This document shows positions 19,037-27,261 of a stretch of DNA of 64,000 nt, piece by piece. The position numbers and the translations under genes are program-made. The DNA comes from Candidatus Marinacidobacterium sp. (lineage in GTDB: Bacteria; Acidobacteriota; Vicinamibacteria; Marinacidobacterales; Marinacidobacteraceae), in the NCBI GenBank assembly GCA_965204755.1, contig OZ242011.1:1568001-1632000 (forward strand), written 5' to 3'. How positions within the stretch are numbered: position 1 is the first letter of the stretch; each line of letters starts with the position of its first letter. The notes under the pieces are model-generated. The model had not been told where the DNA came from, did no database searches, and worked only from the letters and a program-made list of their open reading frames with translations.

Positions 19037-20304
19037 ACGGCTTCCGGCTGCGTCGCTTCGCACTCCCGGCCGCCGCGACGGCCTTCGTCAGCTGTGGAGA
19101 TGGCGCCGGAACGAACGCTCCCGCGCCATCGGCGCCGCCCGTCCGGCCGGCCCCGGTCGCCACGCCCCCGGTCACCGCGTCGCCAGACGCCGTGGCGGTC
19201 GCCTTCGTCGCCGCGTCGGCGGAGGTGTACGAGGGAGACACCGCGTCCCTCCCGATCCGCTACGAGGCACGGAGTCTCGCCGCACCCTGGCGGCTTCGCG
19301 TCTCCCCGCTGCCGGGCACCGCGCAGTCGGCCGACTTTTCCCTGCCGGACGCGGTGGTGGAGATCCCGGCGGGACAGGAGGTGACGGGAACGACGACTCT
19401 AGACTTGGTTGCGCTCCCCGACGACGAGTTCGAAGAAGGCACGGAAACACTCTCCCTGCGGTTCGTCCCCGACCCGACTGTGGACGCGGAACTCGGCGGT
19501 GACCTCCAAATCTCCATCCGGGAGGGTGGCGCCTTGGTGTCCTTCGCCGCCGGCGGGCCGGATGCGCCGCTGGAAGTCCCCGAAGGGAGCAGTGCGGCCC
19601 TGCCGATCCGTTACGAAGTGAGGAACCTCGCCGCGTCGCTGGTTCTCCGACTGTCCACGCTCGCGGAGACTGCCAACGCTGAAGAGTTCCGACTGGGGCG
19701 GAGCGCCGTCGTCCTCCCGACCGGGAGGGGGCTCTCTGGAACGACCTCGGTGAGGCTCACGGCTGTGAGGGATACACGCTTCGCCGAGGACCGTGAAACT
19801 GGACGGATCCGCTTCCTTCCCCCCACGGCAGGAGGGGTGGGCGTCCACTTGGGCCCCGACGCCCGCTTCGTCATCCCCGAGGGTGGCGCCTCCCCTTGTC
19901 CCGGCGTCTTGATCCGCGCCCTGCCACCGGTGACCCTAGCCCCGGGCGACGGCACCTTCGACGAAGGCCTGTTGTTCACTACCCTCACCGTGACCCAGGA
20001 CGCGTCCGCCGCTGAGACCGCGCTATTCCAGCGCTCGCCTTACCTCTTCACCGAACACATGGCCGAATGGGCGGTGCCTCCGGTCTCCGTGCTCAACTTC
20101 GCGGGCTGGCGGGTGGAACCGCAGGGCGGCGCGACCCGGCACTCGGTGGACCTCCGCTGGCCCGGCGAACACTCGCTCGTGGAACCGGCCTTGGAATTCG
20201 GCTTCGTGGGCGGCGGTTGTTCCGGCGTCGAGATCGCGGTCTGCTCCGCCGCCGGCTGCGAACTCACCTCCGACGGTTCGGCGGCTTCCGGTGGCGGCGG
20301 CTGA
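19033..20304 (+). CDS. Lipoprotein with two Calx-beta-like repeats and Cys-rich C-terminus
   Basis: GTGA overlap; AFVSC; repeats VYEGDTASLPIRYE...DDEFEEGTETLSLRF and VPEGSSAALPIRYE...DTRFAEDRETGRIRF; ends GGCSGVEIAVCSAAGC. Confidence 0.78.
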   Translation: MNGFRLRRFALPAAATAFVSCGDGAGTNAPAPSAPPVRPAPVATPPVTASPDAVAVAFVAASAEVYEGDTASLPIRYEARSLAAPWRLRVSPLPGTAQSADFSLPDAVVEIPAGQEVTGTTTLDLVALPDDEFEEGTETLSLRFVPDPTVDAELGGDLQISIREGGALVSFAAGGPDAPLEVPEGSSAALPIRYEVRNLAASLVLRLSTLAETANAEEFRLGRSAVVLPTGRGLSGTTSVRLTAVRDTRFAEDRETGRIRFLPPTAGGVGVHLGPDARFVIPEGGASPCPGVLIRALPPVTLAPGDGTFDEGLLFTTLTVTQDASAAETALFQRSPYLFTEHMAEWAVPPVSVLNFAGWRVEPQGGATRHSVDLRWPGEHSLVEPALEFGFVGGGCSGVEIAVCSAAGCELTSDGSAASGGGG

Positions 20305-20501
20305 CCGGAAGCGCCTTGCGGAGAGCGGCGGGCGCCGTACGGGCGAGCGGGTGGTCGGCAGCGACTGATGCACGAACGCTCCGATAGGTCTCGGATTGGT
20401 TGGCCCATTCGTTCCTGATTTTCGAAAGCCCCCCGGTTGTGAACAGCCGGTGGAGGCCGTGTGCGTCGGTGATCTCCGTGCCATCTGCCGATCCCTCCGT
20501 T

Positions 20502-21546
20502 CTTGACTTCGACGGTTTGGCTTTGTAAGTGGTTGACCGTTGGGGATTTGGTTTCGTAGGTACACTACAACCGGGCGGAGTCCGGCGGGGAGTGTCCGGG
20601 ATCAGGCGACTTCGCGGAGTCGCCTCGGGGGTGGAACCGGCGTGGCCCGCCGGGGCAGCCGCAGACCCACCAGCCGGTAGATCCGCTCCGCCTCCGGGGT
20701 GGCCTTCGAGGGCAGGAAGAACCACTCGTTGGCGCCCCGGTCGCAGCCGTGGGAGACCTCCACCCGGAGCAGTTCCCGCAGCAGCCGATCCTCGCTCAGC
20801 GGCGCCTCCGGGTAGGCCCGGGCGTAACGCCAGCGCAGCAACCGGAGCAGCGCGAAGGCGGCGTAGCAGATCGCCAAGTGCGCCCGCACCCGCCGCTCCG
20901 TCCAGTGGAACACCGGACGCACTTCCAGCGTGCCCTTCAGCACCCGGAACCCCTGCTCGATCCGCCACAACCCCCCGTAGTGCGCCCGGATCTCCGCCGG
21001 CGGGTCTGCCAAGCTGGTGAACACCCCGTGGAGCCCGTCGAACCGCGCGTCCCGTTCCACCAGATCCGGGTCGAACCGCACCGCATCCCGCCGCACCCGC
21101 AGGTAGCGCGCGGCCCGCCCCTTCCCCTTCACCCCCGACGCCTCCCGCTTCTTCGCCTGCTTCACCGCCTTCGCCCGGAGCCCCGCGTCCCGCTCCGCCT
21201 TCTTCGGGCAGTAACGCACCACCAGCCGAAGCCCCCGCAGCGCCCCCTCCTCCGCCCGGTGCTCCCGCAGCCGCCGCCCCTCCTCCCCCGAAGCGGCCCA
21301 AGACTCCGGCTCCGCCAGCGCCGCCAGGTCCTTCCCCCGCAACCGGCGGAGCTTCGCCGCCACCACCCACTCGAAACCCGCCGCCGTCAACGCCTCCAGG
21401 TTCTTCGCCTCCGGGACCGCCGCGTCCGCCACCACCACCACCCGACTCATCACAAAACGCCACGGCACACTACAAACCGGATCCAGACTGCCGCCCCTAC
21501 TGCACCAAGGACTTCCGGGCCCAGAACCGGGCCAAATCGAGTCAAG
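20502..21546 (-). mobile_element. IS1634-family element, internally deleted
   Basis: Terminal inverted repeats CTTGACTTCGA (20502) and TCGAGTCAAG (ends 21546); flanking 11-bp direct repeat ATCCCTCCGTT at 20491-20501 and 21547-21557. Confidence 0.8.
20602..21451 (-). pseudogene. IS1634-family DDE transposase, C-terminal half only
   Basis: VVVVADAA, YGGLWRIEQGFRVLKGTLEVRPVFHWTERRVRAHLAIC; the N-terminal part carrying the first catalytic Asp is absent. Confidence 0.8.
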
Positions 21547-21618
21547 ATCCCTCCGTTGAGCGGGTGGGGGTTGCGGCATCCGAGTCAGCGCCCCGCAGAC
21601 GGCCGCCCACAAGCGGGG

Positions 21619-22161
21619 CTACGGAGAGGAGCGTGCGTCGGAGTCGTCTTCGCGGAGGTGGGCGATGAGATACAGCAGCGACACGACCTCCAACCCGACC
21701 CCCGCCGCGAACATTGCCTTGGTCGGCGTGTCCCACGGCCTCCGCTCTCCATCGCTCGTGTAGCACTTGTTGTAGCCGGAGATGGCCACTCCCCCGACTT
21801 CCGAGGGGTCGGCCGCTGTAGCATTTCGACACGGGATCCATCGCCAGAGACCGGCACCCGTGAAGGCGAGCAGGCCACTGATCGCGAACGCGATGGCGCT
21901 CCGTCTCCTGTTGTCTTCGCGAATGGTTCCCGTCGTAACCTTGGCCGTATTCTGGAGGCGGTAGAGGCCGCCGGAGGCAGCCGTGCGCGCTCGCTCCAAG
22001 AGAATCGGGGGCCCCGGGGAGGCGGTCGTTCGTGTTGCCGAAGTCGTCTCCGCAGGCGTTCCCCGCCGGGAGGTCTCAATTTGGAGAGGGAGGGCGAGCA
22101 ACGTCCACACGGTGAGCGTGGCGACGCCTCGATGCAGTGGGATCAACACGCTCGGCAGCAT
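21619..22161 (-). CDS. Hypothetical membrane protein
   Basis: Hydrophobic N-terminus plus two TM segments around a Cys-Cys loop (IPC...NKC); lower GC than its neighbours. Confidence 0.5.
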   Translation of the reverse strand: MLPSVLIPLHRGVATLTVWTLLALPLQIETSRRGTPAETTSATRTTASPGPPILLERARTAASGGLYRLQNTAKVTTGTIREDNRRRSAIAFAISGLLAFTGAGLWRWIPCRNATAADPSEVGGVAISGYNKCYTSDGERRPWDTPTKAMFAAGVGLEVVSLLYLIAHLREDDSDARSSP

Positions 22162-22661
22162 ACCCGATGGCAGGAAATGCCGGGCCCTTGCCGACCGCTA
22201 TGCCGCTCGATGCGCCCTGCCCGGCGGGGCCGGCTGCGGGGTGCTTCGGTTGCTCCTGTCCCTCTGTCCCGGCCGTCGCGCTCACCGCTCGGACGCTCCG
22301 TCAAGGTGCCTCGGACTCCGCCGCTGTCCTCCCCGCCATCCCGGAACCGGAGCCCGAAGTGTCCACTCTTCGTGTCCTATTGACACCGCGAGGGCCAACT
22401 GCGCCGGGCCCCGTACCGGGCGGTTGACACGCGGACCGGAAATTCGGGATACTCCGTCGCTCGCTTCAAGAATCTGAACCGAAGCGCCTCTTGTCGAAGG
22501 GGTTAGCCGCGTTGGATTCTTCTTACAAACCGTTGAAAACAATGACTTTTACGCCACGGCTCAGGCCTGCCTGCCCGATGTGGCCGATGGTCCGGCCGTT
22601 GCTGCCTGTCAGCATCTCACGGTATTTCATGCTCACCGCTCCACAAGGAGGACCTCGCAGC

Positions 22662-25577
22662 GTGAAGAGAACTTTTCTTTTTGCTCTGCTGCTGAGTTGG
22701 CCGGCCACGGCTTTCTCGCAGCAGATCTACGGGCGGCTCGAAGGTGCGGCCAGCGACGCGCAGGGCCTCGTGCTCCCGGGCGTCACCGTCACTCTCGACA
22801 GTGCCGAGTTGGTGAGTGCCCGGACCGCCACGACCGATGTGGACGGTTCCTACCGGTTCGCGCAGTTGACCGGTGGCAGTTACACGGTGACTTTCGAACT
22901 CGGCGGCTTCCAGACGGTGGTGCACGAGGATGTCATCGTCGTCGGTGGTTCCACCTATGCGATCAACGCCGAGATGGCTATCGCCACCGTCGCCGAGACG
23001 ATCACGGTGACCGGCGAGTCTCCGGTCGTGGATGTGAAGACGACCGGCGTTTCCGCCACTTTCGACACCACGCAACTTGAAGATGTGCCTTCCGCGACGG
23101 ACATGTGGGCGGTCCTCCAGCAGAGCCCGGGCGTACGGATGCGTGGTTACGATGTGGGCGGCTCCCACAAGAGCCAGCAGTCCGGCTATGAGACTTTCGG
23201 AGTCCGTGGTCAGAATCGGATCATCAACGATGGAGTGAATACGACCGAAGGTACCGGTGGTGCCGGCGGCTACTACGACTTCTATGCCATCGGTGAGTTC
23301 CAGGTGTCGGCGCAGGGCGCCGATGTCGAATCCGACACGCCGGGCGCGACGGTGAACGCCGTGTGGAAGAGTGGCGGTAACGAGTTTTCCGGGACCGAGC
23401 ACTTCGCGTACGAACCGGCGGGTTGGATCGCGGACAACATTACTTCCGATTTGTCGGGTCGCGGCGGCACTTCCGCGCCGGTGATCGGCTTCTACGAGTA
23501 TCACTTGGACTTGGGTGGGCCGATCATGCGGGACAAGGCATGGTTCTACGCCGCCTACAACCGCTTCTACATCGATCGCGTCATCTCCGGGCAACCCCGG
23601 GAAGTTGCGACGGATGTGGGTGACTTCGACATGTTCACCGTCAAGGCAAATTGGCAGATCACCGATCGCGATCAGTTCATCACTTTCCACCATTGGTCGC
23701 TGAAACAGAAGCCGTTCCGGGGGTTGTCGGCCACTGTGCCCGCCGAATCCATCCGAGCGCAGGATTCGTGGAGTTGGCTCCACAAGGCGGAATGGCAGCG
23801 CGTTTGGAGTGACCGGCTGTATTCGAACATCCAAGTGAATCACTTCGGATTCGGCTGGCCGATGGTGCCCGCAGTGGACCCTGCGACGAACCCTCCTCGT
23901 ATCGATCTCGACACTTCGAATCTCACGGGAGCCGGTTGGGGTGTCTTCACTTTCAACCGTTGGAAGCCGCACACCACCGGTCAGTTCAACTACTACTTGC
24001 CGGTAGGAAGCGGAAGCCACGACTTCAAGTTCGGCTGGGACCTGCAGATCGACGAAAGGCAGTTCGGCTGGAACTCCAATTCCGGAGCCATCCGCTATCG
24101 GGACCGGAGCGGGCAGGATCCCGCGCGTCCTCACCATGTGAGCGAAGTGGACTTCTGGAGCGTGCCGAACTTCAACCAGGACCGCAACACCCACATGGAC
24201 TTCTATGTTCAGGATGTGTGGACGATTTCCGATCGCCTGACGCTCAACGCCGGAGTTCGGGTCGGTAGCCAAAGAATCGGCTACCTCGCTTCCGACAATA
24301 CTCCGGGCGGCACCTGTCCCGCGGTCGTCGGGTGTATTCGGGAAATCGCCGATATCGACGGGAATGTCGCCACGGCCATGCCATTGTTGTTCGGTCCCGG
24401 AGCGGCGATTCCGGCAGCCAGCAACCTCATCAGTTGGTGGAACATTGCGCCTCGCGTCGGGTTTACTCTCGACATTACCGGTGAGGGCCGTTCGGTATTG
24501 AAGGGTTATTGGGGTCGCTATTACCACAACATGAACTCCGGTATGCCTGATTCCAACCCCGGTGGCAACAAGTCGGTGCGTTACGAGTTCTTGGACCAAA
24601 ACGAGAACGGCCTCTTTGACGGCGTGAATGAACTGGGCGAGCGGCGGAGCGGGAGTTCTGCGGCGGGCCTCGCGCGCGATGGGATTGACCACAGCCAAGC
24701 GCCGACGGGCGATCCGATCGATCCGAACCTGTGGCAACCCTATGTGGATGAACTGAGTGTTTCGGTTGAGCATCAGGTCGGAAACGACATCGGGCTTCGG
24801 GCGTCGCTGGTTCATAAGCGTCAGACGGGCTATTGGAACAACCTCAACATCGCACGCATCGGGACACTGACGAACTCCAAACAGGTCGCGTGCCCGGATA
24901 CCTGTCCGGACGGACTCGCCGGCACGATGCTCACGGTGAACGATTTGCCGGATGACGCTCCCGGGAGCGAGAACCTGCACACGAATGCCCCCGATGCCGA
25001 GTCGGCGTTCAACTGGACGACCGTGTCGTTGGGCGTGAACCGGCGGTTCCGCAACAACTTCTTCTGGAACGCGTACTTCGACTACCAGTGGCGCCACGAA
25101 GGTCGGACTCCGGGCCAGTCCACGAGCCCGTTGACGACGGATCCGGTCGGTGTCGGCTGGGCTCCGCAGTACGGTTTCATCCCGCACCTTCAGGATCTGA
25201 CGAACTGGCAGGGGAAGGCTGCGGCCCGTTATGTGATGCCCTATGACATCGGGCTCGCCGGGACGCTGCGCTATGTGAGCGGATTTCCTTGGTCGCCGCT
25301 CCTGACCGTGGGTGTCGGGAATGTGGGGAATCAAACGATTTTCCTGGACAATCTGGATAACCGCCGTTCCAATACAGTGACGATTCTCGACTTCCGGGTC
25401 GACAAGGCAGTCGCCTTGGGCGATTCGGCGGAGATCCAACTCATGGTGGACTTCTTCAACGCCCTGAACAACACTGCGGAGACCAACTTCGTGATGAGAG
25501 CGGGGAGCACTTACCGGAAGCCCATCGAGTGGATTCAGGGACGGACGATCGGTCTCAGTGCGAGGCTGACCTTCTGA
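22662..25577 (+). CDS. TonB-dependent receptor-like outer membrane protein (Oar-like, carboxypeptidase-regulatory N-domain)
   Basis: SD aaggagg + GTG; signal peptide; DAQGLVLPGVTVT...ETITVTGESPVVD; APRVGF; terminal Phe (GLSARLTF). Confidence 0.9.
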   Translation: MKRTFLFALLLSWPATAFSQQIYGRLEGAASDAQGLVLPGVTVTLDSAELVSARTATTDVDGSYRFAQLTGGSYTVTFELGGFQTVVHEDVIVVGGSTYAINAEMAIATVAETITVTGESPVVDVKTTGVSATFDTTQLEDVPSATDMWAVLQQSPGVRMRGYDVGGSHKSQQSGYETFGVRGQNRIINDGVNTTEGTGGAGGYYDFYAIGEFQVSAQGADVESDTPGATVNAVWKSGGNEFSGTEHFAYEPAGWIADNITSDLSGRGGTSAPVIGFYEYHLDLGGPIMRDKAWFYAAYNRFYIDRVISGQPREVATDVGDFDMFTVKANWQITDRDQFITFHHWSLKQKPFRGLSATVPAESIRAQDSWSWLHKAEWQRVWSDRLYSNIQVNHFGFGWPMVPAVDPATNPPRIDLDTSNLTGAGWGVFTFNRWKPHTTGQFNYYLPVGSGSHDFKFGWDLQIDERQFGWNSNSGAIRYRDRSGQDPARPHHVSEVDFWSVPNFNQDRNTHMDFYVQDVWTISDRLTLNAGVRVGSQRIGYLASDNTPGGTCPAVVGCIREIADIDGNVATAMPLLFGPGAAIPAASNLISWWNIAPRVGFTLDITGEGRSVLKGYWGRYYHNMNSGMPDSNPGGNKSVRYEFLDQNENGLFDGVNELGERRSGSSAAGLARDGIDHSQAPTGDPIDPNLWQPYVDELSVSVEHQVGNDIGLRASLVHKRQTGYWNNLNIARIGTLTNSKQVACPDTCPDGLAGTMLTVNDLPDDAPGSENLHTNAPDAESAFNWTTVSLGVNRRFRNNFFWNAYFDYQWRHEGRTPGQSTSPLTTDPVGVGWAPQYGFIPHLQDLTNWQGKAAARYVMPYDIGLAGTLRYVSGFPWSPLLTVGVGNVGNQTIFLDNLDNRRSNTVTILDFRVDKAVALGDSAEIQLMVDFFNALNNTAETNFVMRAGSTYRKPIEWIQGRTIGLSARLTF

Positions 25578-25609
25578 CCACGCCTTTGGGGTGAAACATC
25601 CTTTTTCTC

Positions 25610-25640
25610 GCCCCCCGGCCGCAGAAGATGGCCGGGGGGC
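25610..25640 (+). terminator. GC-rich hairpin between receptor and precursor gene
   Basis: Perfect 11-bp stem gccccccggcc/ggccggggggc; no U-tract follows, so it may be a stabilising stem rather than a terminator. Confidence 0.4.
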
Positions 25641-25671
25641 ACCAACCTGATCTGATCCGAGGAGCACACTC

Positions 25672-25980
25672 TTGAAGATCACCAAACCGGAAACCGTTCA
25701 GACCACCCCCGACGACCACCGCAAGGGGAAGTCGCGGCTTGAACTGCGTCGGCGGCCGATCGCCGATCTCACCCAGACGCAGATGGAGGACGCGGCCGGG
25801 GCCCATCCGCACGACTCGGGGTGCGAGGGCGTCTGCCCGGCGGCGACCGGCGACGGTCCCTCGTGCGCACCCACCTGCGATGGCGCTGCCTGCGGCGCCA
25901 CCGCCGGGGACACCTGCGGGGACTCCTGCGACTTGGGCGGGTGCGAGCCGGCCTCGGCCAGTCCGGAGCGCTGCGCCTAG
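25672..25980 (+). CDS. RiPP (class I lanthipeptide-like) precursor peptide
   Basis: SD gaggag + TTG; leader KSRLELRRRPIADLTQTQMEDAAGA; core with 9 Cys and 9 Ser/Thr including several (S/T)C dyads. Confidence 0.75.
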   Translation: MKITKPETVQTTPDDHRKGKSRLELRRRPIADLTQTQMEDAAGAHPHDSGCEGVCPAATGDGPSCAPTCDGAACGATAGDTCGDSCDLGGCEPASASPERCA

Positions 25981-26312
25981 CGCGGCACTCGGGCCCGTCC
26001 TCTGCGACGGCCAAGGCCCCCGGCAGCGTCGCCCGTTCCGTGGAATGGGGATCGAGGCCGGGGCGCCTGACCTGCGCTTCTCCGGAACGCTGTTTGGCGC
26101 CGGGCGTTGCGTTGCCCATTCTCGGCGCTGCCTGTCGGAAGTTGCGTCGCCCCATGCGCCAGTGATTTCGATCCGTTCCAGTTGCCGGGTCCTCACGATC
26201 ACGCGGAGTCGAACATTCGGCGGGTCGCGAGTGTCAGCAACCTCGGTCGTGGCCTTGGGATGAGGCCAAGGATGGTCTCTCACGATATTGCGGAATTTGC
26301 AGTCGCGGGGGC

Positions 26313-26750
26313 TTGGTCGAAGAGGCGCCCCGCGCTACCGAACCTCTCTGGTGGCTGGGCCGGGGTGGCGGGGGACTGGCTCCGCGAGTTGAAGTCGCGT
26401 TCCGGGAGCGCTACGAGTCCCGCGAAGTCCCGCTGACGGAGGCGCTCGATCCGGAGCGGGGGATCGGACTGCCCGGCGCGGATTTGCGGCCCCGTCTCCC
26501 CGCCTCCCCGCTCCTGGCCGGTCTCGACATCGGTACCGCGCGAGTTGGCGCCCCTGCCGGTGGAGGCGGGTGCGCGCCGCGTTCCGCCTTCGCCGCGCCG
26601 ACGGGATGTGGGAGCGGCTGCAGGCCGGGGCGCTCGAGGCCGGAGGCGCGCTGCCCCCAACGCTGGAACTCGACGACGAGTTGCTGGCCCGGCTCGCGCC
26701 GGAGGCGGTACTGGCGGAGGTGGTCCACACGCCGAAGGGCCGGAACGGGC
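26313..26750 (+). pseudogene. Lantibiotic dehydratase (LanB) remnant
   Basis: FRERYESREVPLTEALDPERGIGLP and, in another frame, EAVLAEVVHTPKGRNG; both are LanB-type motifs, compressed into ~450 bp. Confidence 0.7.
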
Positions 26751-27261
26751 AACGCATGAGGCCGACCCGGCTCCTGCGCTTCACCCGGTTCCGGCACCGG
26801 AGCACCGCCCCCGGCCGCACGCCTCCCGCACCCCAAGCCGACCACGCCTCGACGAACCACGCACGATCCTGCCGACCGCGGGCGTTTTCGAACTCGGGCC
26901 TGTCGCCGACGGTGCGGAAGCCGGCGCGAGGCCTTGCCGGAAAGCCGGGTCGCGCGCCGCCCCGGAGGGAAGACCGGCGGGCACCCGTCCCGCACGGAAC
27001 GCCTCCCTGTCTCCGCCGTCTCCCTCTCCGAGAGAACGGCCGTGTTGCTGTTGTTGTTCGTTCGGCTCGATGGCACCGGGCGTCGCGTTCGCCGTCGAGG
27101 TCGGCATTCTGCCTATACTCCGCCACGGACTGTCCGGCGTGGCGCATGCCGGTTCGCTGGCGGCCGGGAGCCGGCAGTCGGAGGCCCCGCTTCAGTAGGG
27201 GCCGCCCCACGGGGGACCATCGGAGAGGGCGTTCTCCACCGTCCTACAGGAGGTAGGCGAC

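Noticed and set aside
20410-20450. Possible extra IS terminus (cctgattttcgaaag...ttgtgaacagcc)
   Set aside because: No partner end or target duplication found.
22617-25685. Long antisense ORFs (this 1022-aa one, 43772-47011, 55311-58214 and others)
   Set aside because: Shadow frames of real genes in high-GC DNA, with no recognisable motifs.
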